A DNA stretch of 64,000 nucleotides, from positions 21,879-85,878 of the forward strand of contig JAUYMS010000048.1 in NCBI GenBank assembly GCA_030698625.1, read 5' to 3'. Positions 47,367 to 56,923 of this stretch are shown here, one piece after another; within the stretch, counting starts at the first letter, position 1, and each line of letters begins with the position of its first letter. Source of the DNA: Candidatus Omnitrophota bacterium. GTDB lineage: Bacteria > Omnitrophota > Omnitrophia > Omnitrophales > Aquincolibacteriaceae. The notes under the pieces were generated by a model. The model ran no database searches. It saw nothing but the letters and a program-made list of their open reading frames with translations, and was not told the DNA's origin. Position numbers and translations under genes: made by a program.

Positions 47367-47380
47367 AAAGAAAGTACTCA

Positions 47381-48115
47381 ATGCCGCGTCGCAGCATCCT
47401 GGTCCTCGATTCTCCGGATACCCACTGGACTTCTCTTATTCAAGAATATTTTCAGGATACTTCTTCGCAGGTCGATTGCTTTGATGCAGCTGCCCCGGCG
47501 GGTCAGGCCCTGGATAAAACCGGTCACGATCTAGCCTTTATAAACCCCAAACTTCTCAATCTTGCCCTGACCCAAAAACTCCTTTCTGTACGACAGACCC
47601 GGCCGGATTTCCGTATCTTTGGTTTGGGTAAAGCCGCTCAAGCAAATAAAATTCCTTACAGCGCTCTCTTTGAAGAGGAGATCTCCTTGTTTGACTTTAG
47701 CAAGAAGGTGGTCGAGGCTGTGCCGCTTCCCGAGGCGATTCAGGTCGTGGTGGTTGACGATGAGGAGGCTATAGCCGCCATGGTTTGTGATTACTTGAAA
47801 GGGCGATCGAATCCGGTTTTTCAGGTGCGTTACGCAAAGAACGGTGAAGAGGGGATGCGGCACTTGACTGAAAAGCAGCCCGATGTGCTTATACTCGACA
47901 TCAAGATGCCCGTCAAAGACGGGCGTGAGGTGTATCGCGAAATTCAGGCGAAGAAATGGAATTTCCCGGTGGTCGTTTTCTTTGATGCGGTTTCAGCTCA
48001 CGAAATGCTTGAGATTCGAAAGGCCGGTAACCCCGTAGTCCTCGAAAAGGGTTCACGCGAAAGCACCATGCCTGAGATGATGGTCCTCATTAAAAAACTC
48101 GCCTTCTTCGGGTAA
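47381..48115 (+). CDS. Response regulator with tandem receiver domains (first degenerate), no output domain
   Basis: C-terminal half VVVVDDEEAIA...DVLILDIKMPVKDG...PVVVFF is a canonical REC with an acceptor Asp. N-terminal half ILVLDSPD...HDLAFINPKL is REC-like with Asp->Asn at the acceptor position. Starts 14 nt after the giant-ORF stop. Confidence 0.75.
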   Translation: MPRRSILVLDSPDTHWTSLIQEYFQDTSSQVDCFDAAAPAGQALDKTGHDLAFINPKLLNLALTQKLLSVRQTRPDFRIFGLGKAAQANKIPYSALFEEEISLFDFSKKVVEAVPLPEAIQVVVVDDEEAIAAMVCDYLKGRSNPVFQVRYAKNGEEGMRHLTEKQPDVLILDIKMPVKDGREVYREIQAKKWNFPVVVFFDAVSAHEMLEIRKAGNPVVLEKGSRESTMPEMMVLIKKLAFFG

Positions 48116-48119
48116 CCGC

Positions 48120-49214
48120 ATGAAACCGTTGCGTCAGCTGCTAATAGGGCTTATTTTTACCGCGCTCTTAGGGTCGGGATGCGCGTTGATGCTGCCCTCC
48201 AAAGCGATTACCGAAGATGGCTGGGGCACGGAGGGGCCTTACCGCGGCGTATTCCATGTCCACAGCGAACACTCTCACGATTCTGCCATTACCTTTGAAG
48301 ATGCCCGGAAGACGGCAAAGAAGGCGAATCTGGATTTCGTGGTCATCACCGACCATAACAATCTGGATGGGCGCGCGGCATACGCTGACGGTGAGTATGA
48401 GCCGTACCCCTTGCTTGTGCTCGGCACCGAAATCACGACCGGTGACGGCCATCTCATTGCGCTGGGTATCGACGAGTATCCGCAGAAACAGTCAACTAAA
48501 GAGCTTGTGAAGTGGATTCACGACCGCGGTGGATACGTGGTAGCGGCCCACCCCTTGTCGGTGAGAACTCCGTGGACTGACTGGAGCATCAAGGATATCG
48601 ACGGCTTTGAGGTTTATAACTTTGGTCATGCCGCCTACACGCAGAATAAGGTGCTCTTGGCCTTGAAGGCGCTTTTCTATCCGCCGCACAAATTCCTGAA
48701 ATCAACCCAAGACGCTCCGCTGGATCACATTCGCTTTTGGGAACAGAATCTCACAGGCAACCACACGGCGATCGTCGGTGCGGCGGACGCACATATTCAC
48801 TTTGAGTTCCTCGGGATGTCGCCTGAGAATTTGCGTATGTACTTTGAATCTGTTACCACTTATGTGATAGCGAATCGTCTGGAAGAAAAGGCTGTGGTGA
48901 AAGCGATCGGGGAGGGCAGAAGTTACCTCGCCTTTGAGGTGCGAGGCGATGCCTCCGGGTTTACCTTTACGGCGGTTTCCGGTTCTCGGGAATTGGAAAT
49001 GGGGGATACGGCACGGTCCGGCAAGTCCGTGGAGTTTAAGGCGGCATCGCCGGGACGGGCCTGGATGTACCTTATCAAGAACGGCCAAGTCGTTGAGAGC
49101 CGGCGCGGAACGGAACTGCGCTTCACAACGGCAGATGCGGGTGTGTATCGGGTGGAAGTTCACAAAGACGGAGGGCTGTGGATTCTCTCCAATCCAATCT
49201 ATGTGGAGCCTTAA
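48120..49214 (+). CDS. Secreted PHP-domain metal-dependent phosphoesterase
   Basis: Signal peptide MKPLRQLLIGLIFTALLGSGCA. PHP motifs GVFHVHSEHSHDS, FVVITDHNN and later His/Asp blocks. Starts 4 nt after the response-regulator stop. Confidence 0.8.
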   Translation: MKPLRQLLIGLIFTALLGSGCALMLPSKAITEDGWGTEGPYRGVFHVHSEHSHDSAITFEDARKTAKKANLDFVVITDHNNLDGRAAYADGEYEPYPLLVLGTEITTGDGHLIALGIDEYPQKQSTKELVKWIHDRGGYVVAAHPLSVRTPWTDWSIKDIDGFEVYNFGHAAYTQNKVLLALKALFYPPHKFLKSTQDAPLDHIRFWEQNLTGNHTAIVGAADAHIHFEFLGMSPENLRMYFESVTTYVIANRLEEKAVVKAIGEGRSYLAFEVRGDASGFTFTAVSGSRELEMGDTARSGKSVEFKAASPGRAWMYLIKNGQVVESRRGTELRFTTADAGVYRVEVHKDGGLWILSNPIYVEP

Positions 49215-49390
49215 ACTTCAATGAAGAAGGTGAAAAGAGGCTGTCAGAAACATGCGGCGGAGTTCTCTGGCCGTATCAGCAACTATCAAAGTCACAACCG
49301 CTTGACATGACTTTGATGGGCAGGATAGGCCAAGAAATCCGAAGCGTTTCAGGCAGACTCGTTTTCACCGCTCGTAAGACGAGGGGCGCA

Positions 49391-50470
49391 GTGAATATAA
49401 AAAGTTTTGCTCACAGGTTGCTTTCGTGTCTGATACTGTCGCTGCTGTTATCGGGGTGTGCGGTATGGCGGCCGTTCTCCGCGAACACGATTAATGCAAC
49501 CCCCGAGTTGAGCGAGGAGTACCGGGAGTATTACGATTATCCAACACCCGACCTCGACGGTCGATTGGTGTTTGAGGAGGAGAAGACCTATTATACCCTG
49601 CGTCGGTACGAGATCCCGTTAACCTTGCCCGAGTCTCTTCAGCATGATTCTCCGGCTTCCTTGAAACAAGCGGCCGAAAAAAAAGCGGAAACAGATCAGA
49701 AAAACGCCCGAGATCTCGAACTCCGGTATTTAACGCGAATCGATTACTATCTTCCGAAGAACCTGCAGCCGGGCCAGAGACGGCCGGCGATTCTGATCTC
49801 GCCGATTCTGGGCGGCAATATGGTGGTCGACCGCTTCGCTAACTATTATGCAGGTCGCGGTTTTGTCGTGGTGCTCGCACACCGCAAAAAAACTTTCTGG
49901 GTGGACGGACGCGGGATTCAGCAGGTGGAAGACTATATGCGGACCTCGGTGATCCGGCTGCGGCAAGCAGTGGATTGGCTCATGATTCAGCCGGAAGTCG
50001 ATCCCGATAGGATCGGAGCTTTTGGCATTAGCTATGGGGCGGTGCTTCACACGGTCCTGGCGGCCGTTGAACCGCGATTGAAATATCACGTGTTAGCTAT
50101 GCCCGGCGGACCTCTTCCGGAGGTGATTCGAGATTGTCCGGACGGGAACATTACCAAGCTATGGCGTAATGCACAGCGGGATACAGGGTGGCCCGACGAG
50201 AAGATTCTTGAGGAGCTGAGACGTGTGCTCAAGACCGATCCGATTTTGCTGGCACCTTATGTGCCGCGCGAAAAAGTGCAAGTGTATGTCGCCATCTTCG
50301 ATCGCGTTGTGGGTGCGGGCCGTTCCTGGGGTTTATGGAAAGCGCTTGGCAAACCCGATCTCAAAATCATGCCCTTCGGCCATTACGGCGGGGTCCTCGT
50401 GTTTCCCTTCCTACAGAGCCAGTCCGCCTGGAATCTTAAGCGGCATCTCGGCCAAGCTCGTCAAAATTAA
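49391..50470 (+). CDS. Lipoprotein alpha/beta-hydrolase (dienelactone-hydrolase/S9-like)
   Basis: The ORF is open from 49178. GTG 49391 gives a classic lipoprotein signal MNIKSFAHRLLSCLILSLLLSGC (lipobox LSGC), preceded by GAGGGG. GISYG nucleophile elbow, ILISPILGG. Alternative ATG starts are at 49307 and 49316. Confidence 0.65.
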   Translation: MNIKSFAHRLLSCLILSLLLSGCAVWRPFSANTINATPELSEEYREYYDYPTPDLDGRLVFEEEKTYYTLRRYEIPLTLPESLQHDSPASLKQAAEKKAETDQKNARDLELRYLTRIDYYLPKNLQPGQRRPAILISPILGGNMVVDRFANYYAGRGFVVVLAHRKKTFWVDGRGIQQVEDYMRTSVIRLRQAVDWLMIQPEVDPDRIGAFGISYGAVLHTVLAAVEPRLKYHVLAMPGGPLPEVIRDCPDGNITKLWRNAQRDTGWPDEKILEELRRVLKTDPILLAPYVPREKVQVYVAIFDRVVGAGRSWGLWKALGKPDLKIMPFGHYGGVLVFPFLQSQSAWNLKRHLGQARQN

Positions 50471-52874
50471 AGCGCAGGTATTCGGTTTCGGCAGCGCGCT
50501 TTCCGTCTTTTGCATTGGCAACCCAGAAATCCGGAAAAGCATAGACCACGCTTTGAATGTTGGATTGCGGTGCGATTTCGAGTGCTATCGCCTGAGCGAC
50601 TTCGGCATCAATTTTACCGAAGTGATCCTGCACGAGATTCCCGTGTTTGAGATAACGGATTTCATAGGCACTGCCGCGCGGAACTTCCAAGCCGGGCGTG
50701 TCGGGATCTCCCTTGGAGGCCCTCTGAAGATTTCGTATGACGGGGTCGAGGGCCGGGTCGCCTCGAAATACCGCGCTGTGAACAGGCAGGGCATAATTGA
50801 CGGTCAGCTCATGCGGGTCGTGATCGCGAAAGACGGCAAGGTGATTTTGTGTGGTTTCAACCGCAACCGCCTCTTTGCGCACGGCATCGGCGATCAAATA
50901 ATTGTAACCGCGGGTGCGGTAGTTCCGCTCTAAGATACCGATCGCATCCTCCAAGCTTTCAGCCTCGGCCAAAACACGCTTCAAGAGAAACGGCATAGGA
51001 ACGCCTTCCATGGTTTCATCGACGGATGTGGCACCGATCTGGCCGACAGACAATCCCCGCGCATTCATTCCTGACAGGACACCCGTGAATCCGTAATAAC
51101 CAATATTGACATAATTCGGTCCCGCGCCGTTCTCGACATATTTTACGACCGCCCACTCGTGCACCCCCATGTGACGATTCCAGTCGAGATTGCGAATCGC
51201 AATTAACTGACCGCTTGATGTTGCCGGACCCCAATAGGCCCCGTTAGAACAGAACGTAGGATACAGTTCGGGCATGGCGTGAATACGCTGCAGGACTTTT
51301 AATGAGACACCGGATCCGTCGGCCATTCCCTTAAGTTGTTGTTTTTCTTCATAAGACACATAAGGCGCCATCTTTTTCCAGGCTCGATCGCCGATGTGAT
51401 TGATGATTAGGCGATTCAACAAAGGAAGATGCAGCTCTGAGCGGAAATACTTAAAGATTGCCGAGGATCCCGTGCGGATTTCATCGCGTAGTAGCCGGCC
51501 TTCTTCATACCCGCGGTGGTAGGCCGTTCCCCCAAGTTTTAGCACGGGGAGGTCTTGGTGGTAATAGAGGTCCGCCGGTTTCTCGATTCTTTCTTCGGGC
51601 GTCTTCACGGCGGCGAGCAATTTCGCTACGCGTTCGTGATAAAAGTCACTCAGCTTACCGCCATAGAAACTGACGCGCGATTCGTATTGACCGGCGCCTT
51701 TATGGTATTGATGCGGGCTGACGGCATAGCCGACATAGTCATTGGCGTATCCGGCAATAAAGGGTTTTAACGCGGATGAGCGAATCTGCCGTTCGAGGGC
51801 ATAGCCGACATCCGAGGCAAGCTCGCCCGGAAAAGTTACGACCACGAAATCTCCCATGCGGATCGCCTGAAAGTATGTTTTTCTCGGAAAGATACGGTTG
51901 CCCAGAATTGATGGAATACGGAACCAGCCCAATCGAATGCGGGTTCGGGGCAGCCGGACCCGTTGAATCTCAGTTTTCCATACACCGTTTAAGTTGAGCG
52001 GCGCATAGGAAACTTGTGCAACCTTTGCGACTATCGCCTTGCCGTAGTTCTCCATGCTTCGCCACCGGTCTTCGGCAGCTTGGGTGTGCGGACGGAGATC
52101 GCCTGCGGCACCGTTGATGAAGACGGTTACCGATCCGGTATGCATCTCTTCAAGGCGGCTTGTCACGACTCCGGGATAATCGGCCGAAAAGGAAAGTTCC
52201 CTCCATGGTGCGAGGGTTGCATGTGCGGCCATGAACAAAATCTGCCCGGCAAGGCTCCCGTCGGTTTTCTTGAAGCGCATAAGTTTCAAGTGTTTGGGGT
52301 GAGTTAGCTTTTTGTCCATCCTGTTTTCGACTAAGTCATCAATACGTACAGAACCGTATTCGGCCCGAACGGGAATGGGATTTTGTATCGATTCAATGAT
52401 GGTTCGGGCGACCTGATCCGTGAGTTTCTCAAAAACAGATTTCCGGAATTTTCCCATGATATATTTTTCCCAATGGCGTCCTCCTATTGCGCCGGATCCC
52501 GTATGCGTGTGCGTCGCTGTCAAGAGGAGGTCTTCGGAGCGGAGAAGGACACCTGCATTCACTTTCTGCAGGATCGTCTTTCGCAGTTTCTCGTCGATGA
52601 GACAGAGGTCCAAAGAGACAAAAACAATTTTCTGATCGCCGTAACTGAGTGCAAGAGACCGCGCGTAGAGGGGGTCATGCATACCCACAGACGGTTTGCC
52701 CCGAATCTTTCCGTAGCCGGAGAGGGGGGTTCCTATGGCCGGCGTGATCTCGTTCTTTGCCGTGCCTAGGGTGAGCTCGGCGGCCCGGCATGTATTGATA
52801 TAACATGTTGATATAGATAATGTTATAAAAATAGCTGCCAGTAGGCGCCCGATGCTATGTTGGATTCTGCTCAT
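50436..52874 (-). CDS. Secreted fusion of a neutral/alkaline ceramidase catalytic domain (N-terminal) and a C45-family (acyl-CoA:6-APA acyltransferase-like) Ntn-hydrolase domain (C-terminal)
   Basis: N-terminal signal peptide. ITPAIGTPLSGYGKIRGKPSVGMHDPLYARSLAL...IVFVSLDL and TATHTHTGSGAIGG (neutral ceramidase blocks). C-terminal GTAYHRGYEEGRLL, FCSNGAYWG (Ntn Cys), RNLDW, NYLIAD (C45 blocks). Convergent 35-nt overlap with the lipoprotein gene. Confidence 0.75.
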   Translation of the reverse strand: MSRIQHSIGRLLAAIFITLSISTCYINTCRAAELTLGTAKNEITPAIGTPLSGYGKIRGKPSVGMHDPLYARSLALSYGDQKIVFVSLDLCLIDEKLRKTILQKVNAGVLLRSEDLLLTATHTHTGSGAIGGRHWEKYIMGKFRKSVFEKLTDQVARTIIESIQNPIPVRAEYGSVRIDDLVENRMDKKLTHPKHLKLMRFKKTDGSLAGQILFMAAHATLAPWRELSFSADYPGVVTSRLEEMHTGSVTVFINGAAGDLRPHTQAAEDRWRSMENYGKAIVAKVAQVSYAPLNLNGVWKTEIQRVRLPRTRIRLGWFRIPSILGNRIFPRKTYFQAIRMGDFVVVTFPGELASDVGYALERQIRSSALKPFIAGYANDYVGYAVSPHQYHKGAGQYESRVSFYGGKLSDFYHERVAKLLAAVKTPEERIEKPADLYYHQDLPVLKLGGTAYHRGYEEGRLLRDEIRTGSSAIFKYFRSELHLPLLNRLIINHIGDRAWKKMAPYVSYEEKQQLKGMADGSGVSLKVLQRIHAMPELYPTFCSNGAYWGPATSSGQLIAIRNLDWNRHMGVHEWAVVKYVENGAGPNYVNIGYYGFTGVLSGMNARGLSVGQIGATSVDETMEGVPMPFLLKRVLAEAESLEDAIGILERNYRTRGYNYLIADAVRKEAVAVETTQNHLAVFRDHDPHELTVNYALPVHSAVFRGDPALDPVIRNLQRASKGDPDTPGLEVPRGSAYEIRYLKHGNLVQDHFGKIDAEVAQAIALEIAPQSNIQSVVYAFPDFWVANAKDGKRAAETEYLRFNFDELGRDAA

Positions 52875-52944
52875 GACATGTTTCCCATAGAATTATGCCA
52901 TATGAGGCAAAGGCAATGCCGCTTTATTCCGATAAAGAGATGAT
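52875..52944. promoter_or_regulatory. Divergent 70-bp intergenic region between the ceramidase fusion (minus strand) and the CHASE2 kinase (plus strand)
   Basis: Short AT-rich spacer (ttcccatagaattatgccatatgaggcaaaggcaatgccgctttattccgataaagagatgat) flanked by two divergent start codons. Confidence 0.3.
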
Positions 52945-54963
52945 ATGGTTAAATTGCTTAGGCTGAGTCGACTCAGACATGAATTTCTTAATCTCGTCAA
53001 TGATCGCCGGAAGCAGTACGAGTTTCTGGTCGGGATTGTGATCGCGCTTGTTCTGTTCGGCATTTGGCGGGCGGGATCCTTCGATAAATTTGAGAATGTT
53101 TTTTTGGATTTGCGTTTTCTGCTTCGTCCCATCAGAGCCTTTCCGGAGGCCATCAATGTCATTGGCATTGATGAAGCCAGTCTTGATCATCCGGATCTCG
53201 GGCGCTGGCCCTGGTCGCGTCAAAAGCACGGGCACCTTCTTTATCTTCTGAGTCAGCGGAGTTTTCGTCCCGCCGAGGTGGGCTACGACGTTCTGTTTGA
53301 GAACAAGGACAAGTACGAACCCTCGGGAGACGATAGCCTTGCTTACCGGGCCGAGCAGTTTGCGCCGCATGTCTTTATGTCCTATTTTTTGGAAAAGGGA
53401 TTTGTCTCAAAGTTTGAGTACAACGAAGAGAAGCAAAAGCGGCTTGAAGACTTCGCTGTTCTGAACGACTCGCGAGCTCCGCCCAACCTATTGGAATACG
53501 ACAAAGTTTCCGTTCCTTACCTTGAGTTGGCGAAGGCCTCGAATCTCGGGTTTGTCAACGCGCCCGTCGACTCCGACGGCCGTACGAGGCGCATTCCGCT
53601 TCTCGTCCGCTACCGGGGTAAGACTTACCCGTCATTCAGTTTACTCATGGCGTTACAGCGTTTGGGTGCCGGTATATTGGATATTCAGGTGCGGGAGGAC
53701 AGAATTATAATCGAGAAGGAAGACCTGCACCGTGTCATACCTCTCACGGATCGCGGCGAAATGCTCATCAATTATTACGGCAGCAGCGCACTCATTACGA
53801 GCTATTCCTTTCTGGAGGTTCTCTCGGCCGGTAAAGCGTGGATGGACGGCGAGACTAATCCCGAAATTCTTCAGTCCTTCAAAGACAAGCTCGTGTTAGT
53901 GGGCGCAACAGCGCTTGGGCTCAAGGATAGCCGGACGACACCCTTCTTTGAGTATGAACCCGGCGTCAGTATCCAGGCGCAGGCGATTGCCAATATTCTC
54001 GACAATGCCTTTTTGGCCCACGCTGCGTGGCCGGTATCGGCCGCAATGCTGTTTCTTTTGGCCTTTCTAGTGACCGTTATCACCATGTTGACGCGAATTA
54101 CGTACTCTCTTCCGCTCACGATCGGTTTGGGGGTCGCTTATTTTTTCGGAAACCTGCTTCTGTTCATCAACGGAATATGGATCGATATGGCGGCTCATAT
54201 GGCGGCTATCGCTCTCATCTTCATTAGCATCACATCCTTCCGCTATTTTACGGCGCTGCAAGAATTGAAGCGAGCGCAGGAACAGCTTATTCACTCCACT
54301 AAAATGGCATCTATGGGGGAGTTGTCTGCGGGTATCTCGCATGAATTCCGCAATATTCTGAATGCGATCAATCTTCATATTGAATTTTGTGCCATGCCGG
54401 GACGAACCCCGGAGCAGATTTCAAAATACATGGTGAAAATCAAAATGATCATGAAAAATGCCAGCATGATTCTAAACGGACTGCTTACTTTCGCGCGCAA
54501 GAGTGAATCCAATAAGGTGCTGGGTAGTCTGAATACGACAGTAGAGGAAACCCTCCTGCTTATTGAAAAGGAAATGATGCGGCACAAGATTTCGATTAAT
54601 GCGCAGTTGCACGATGTCCCTCAGGTTGCCTTTGATAAGGGGCAGATCTCGCAGGTCATCATGAATCTCATCAATAACGCCCGTGATGCGCTTCAGAATC
54701 AGGATGAAAAACTCGTGACGCTTACACTTACCGAAGAGGCGCATTATGTGCGTCTTGATATCGGAGACAATGGGGCCGGCATCCCGCCGGAAGTGCTCAA
54801 GCGCTTGTTCGAGCCTTTCGTGACCAGTAAACCCGCGGGAAAGGGAACCGGGTTGGGTCTTTCGGTTTGTCACGGCATCATCACGAATCACGGCGGTGAA
54901 ATTAAAGTGACAACTCTCCGCGGCAAGGGTACCACCTGGCATATCTTTTTCCCAAAATCCTAG
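52945..54963 (+). CDS. CHASE2-domain sensor histidine kinase
   Basis: N-terminal TM helix plus periplasmic CHASE2-like region and 3 TM helices (aa ~330-420). HisKA ELSAGISHEFRNILNAI. HATPase N/G1/G2 boxes IMNLINNARDAL, DIGDNGAGIP, GKGTGLGLSVCHGIITNHGGEI. Confidence 0.85.
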   Translation: MVKLLRLSRLRHEFLNLVNDRRKQYEFLVGIVIALVLFGIWRAGSFDKFENVFLDLRFLLRPIRAFPEAINVIGIDEASLDHPDLGRWPWSRQKHGHLLYLLSQRSFRPAEVGYDVLFENKDKYEPSGDDSLAYRAEQFAPHVFMSYFLEKGFVSKFEYNEEKQKRLEDFAVLNDSRAPPNLLEYDKVSVPYLELAKASNLGFVNAPVDSDGRTRRIPLLVRYRGKTYPSFSLLMALQRLGAGILDIQVREDRIIIEKEDLHRVIPLTDRGEMLINYYGSSALITSYSFLEVLSAGKAWMDGETNPEILQSFKDKLVLVGATALGLKDSRTTPFFEYEPGVSIQAQAIANILDNAFLAHAAWPVSAAMLFLLAFLVTVITMLTRITYSLPLTIGLGVAYFFGNLLLFINGIWIDMAAHMAAIALIFISITSFRYFTALQELKRAQEQLIHSTKMASMGELSAGISHEFRNILNAINLHIEFCAMPGRTPEQISKYMVKIKMIMKNASMILNGLLTFARKSESNKVLGSLNTTVEETLLLIEKEMMRHKISINAQLHDVPQVAFDKGQISQVIMNLINNARDALQNQDEKLVTLTLTEEAHYVRLDIGDNGAGIPPEVLKRLFEPFVTSKPAGKGTGLGLSVCHGIITNHGGEIKVTTLRGKGTTWHIFFPKS

Positions 54964-55021
54964 ATTCAAAGCACTCTAAAAATCGCTACATTTGCCGTCG
55001 TTTCTCGCGTAAAATAAATAT

Positions 55022-56923
55022 ATGAAATTATTCATCGTATTTTTTATTGCGTGCTATGCGTGTCTTGTACCCACGGCCCGAGCCGAAATCCTTATGGGGC
55101 TTTCGGATGCCGAGTTGCTCGAGACAATCGAGCGAAAGGCATTTGATTATTTTGTCTATGAGCGGGATTCAAAAACGGGGCTCGTGAAGGACAAAGCGCA
55201 TAATTTCCAAAGGGGAGCGACAAAGTCGACATCGAGCATTGCGGCGACAGGCTTTGCCCTTACGGCTTATGGCGTAGGCGTCCAGAACGGCTGGATGGAT
55301 ATCTCAACCGCGCGCGAGATGACGCGGCGAACGCTTCATTTCTTTCTTCATAACGCGGCGTCAGAGCGTGGTTTTTTCTATCACTTCCTAAATATGGAGA
55401 CCGGTGAAAGGGCTCGTCGCAGCGAACTCTCACCCATCGATACGGCGCTTTTTCTCGCCGGGGCCCTGTATGCCGCAGAGTATTATGATGATCAGGAAAT
55501 CAGGGATCTCGCGACGCAGCTCTATGAGCGGGTGGATTGGGCATGGATGCTGCATGGTGAGCTCACTCTGGCCAAAGCGTGGTCCCCGGAAACGGGTTTC
55601 GAAAAATACCGTTGGGATAGTTATGACGAAGCGATGATTATGTACCTGTTGGCCATCGGATCGCCGACGCATCCGCTTCCGGCGGAGAGTTGGCAGGCAG
55701 TGGCCCGGCCCGTAGGAAGCTACGGCGGTTATCGCGTTATTCAAATGCCTCCGTTATTCACGCACCAGTATTCCCATATCTGGATTGATTTCCGAAATAA
55801 GAATGACGGTTACGCGGACTATTTTCAAAACTCGGTGAACGCTACTTTGGCAAACCGCGCCTTCTGTATCAAAGAGTCGGCAAAGTTCTCAAGCTACGGA
55901 GCGACCTCGTGGGGGTTGACGGCCTCCGACGGACCCTTCGGCTACCGTGCCTTCGGCGCACCGCCGGGTTGGGCGGAGCACAACGGGACGATTGCTCCCA
56001 CGGGCTGTGGGGGATCCATCGTGTTTACTCCGGAAGAATCGATTGCGTGCCTGAGGCACTTTTACGAAGACCTCGGAGAATCGCTCTGGGGCATGTACGG
56101 ATTTTCCGATGCGTTTAACCTCGATAAAAACTGGTTTAGCCGGGATGTTCTCGGGATTGATCAGGGCACACTTTTGCTGATGATTGAAAATTACCGTTCG
56201 GGTCATGTGTGGGATGTTATGAGCAGAAATACCTATTTGGCGGGGGCTATGGAGTTGGTGGGGTTTCGTTCGGGTACGAAGGAAGTGCCCTGGCCGGATC
56301 CCCCGAAGTTTCACGCGCCTTATCTCAGCGACGGCATCAAAGTCGACGGCTATTTGAAAGACTGGCCAAACGGAGAAGTGATCATCCTGGATAAATCGCA
56401 TAAGGAAACGGGAAGCATTCAGGACGACAAGGATCTCAAGGCGGAGGTGCGGTTTGCCTGGAGTGAGCAAGCCCTTTATTTCTATGCGAAGGTTACCGAC
56501 GAGTCCGTGCTGGTGAGAAAATCGGGTAAGGACATATGGCTCGATGACCTTATCGAAATTTACATTGATCCTGCCGGTGACGGCCTCTCCTGGGGCGATG
56601 ATCGCGATTATCAAATCGGTTTTCGCGCCCGAGAGGAGGATGAAGAGGTGCTAAGCTGGTCCTGGTTCCAGGGCGGCGAGGACCCGGGCGAAAAAGGAAT
56701 GGTCGCGGCGCGCGGCTTCGTTTATGAGGATGGCTACATTATAGAGGGGGGCATTCGCTGGCGATACCTGGGGCTGGAGCCAAGCGAGGTTGAGACCTTG
56801 AAGCTTTCGGTGGCTGTGCACGATATTGACCATGACCGCAGCCAGGGAAAGGTTCAGTGGTTTTTTCGTAATGAAGATGAGCTCAAACGGTTTGTCCTGG
56901 GTGAGGTTGTATTGACGCGATGA
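55022..56923 (+). CDS. Secreted (alpha/alpha)6-barrel glycoside hydrolase of the PF10091 'glucoamylase-like'/GH144-type family with a C-terminal CBM9-like domain
   Basis: Signal peptide. Blocks SIAATGFALTAYG, IDTALFLAGALY, GLTASDGPFGY, IAPTGCGGSI, GIDQGTLLLMIENY. C-terminal DGYLKDW...AEVRFAWSEQALYFYAKVTDE...DDLIEIYIDP (CBM9-like). Confidence 0.6.
   Translation: MKLFIVFFIACYACLVPTARAEILMGLSDAELLETIERKAFDYFVYERDSKTGLVKDKAHNFQRGATKSTSSIAATGFALTAYGVGVQNGWMDISTAREMTRRTLHFFLHNAASERGFFYHFLNMETGERARRSELSPIDTALFLAGALYAAEYYDDQEIRDLATQLYERVDWAWMLHGELTLAKAWSPETGFEKYRWDSYDEAMIMYLLAIGSPTHPLPAESWQAVARPVGSYGGYRVIQMPPLFTHQYSHIWIDFRNKNDGYADYFQNSVNATLANRAFCIKESAKFSSYGATSWGLTASDGPFGYRAFGAPPGWAEHNGTIAPTGCGGSIVFTPEESIACLRHFYEDLGESLWGMYGFSDAFNLDKNWFSRDVLGIDQGTLLLMIENYRSGHVWDVMSRNTYLAGAMELVGFRSGTKEVPWPDPPKFHAPYLSDGIKVDGYLKDWPNGEVIILDKSHKETGSIQDDKDLKAEVRFAWSEQALYFYAKVTDESVLVRKSGKDIWLDDLIEIYIDPAGDGLSWGDDRDYQIGFRAREEDEEVLSWSWFQGGEDPGEKGMVAARGFVYEDGYIIEGGIRWRYLGLEPSEVETLKLSVAVHDIDHDRSQGKVQWFFRNEDELKRFVLGEVVLTR

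Noticed and set aside
16455-47366. Giant ORF as a type I secretion (RTX/MARTX-like) substrate exported by the downstream TolC-MFP system
   Set aside because: The pump's third component is an RND transporter, not an ABC transporter. No GGxGxD RTX repeats or C-terminal type I secretion signal are visible. The protein also has an N-terminal Sec-type signal and internal TM helices.
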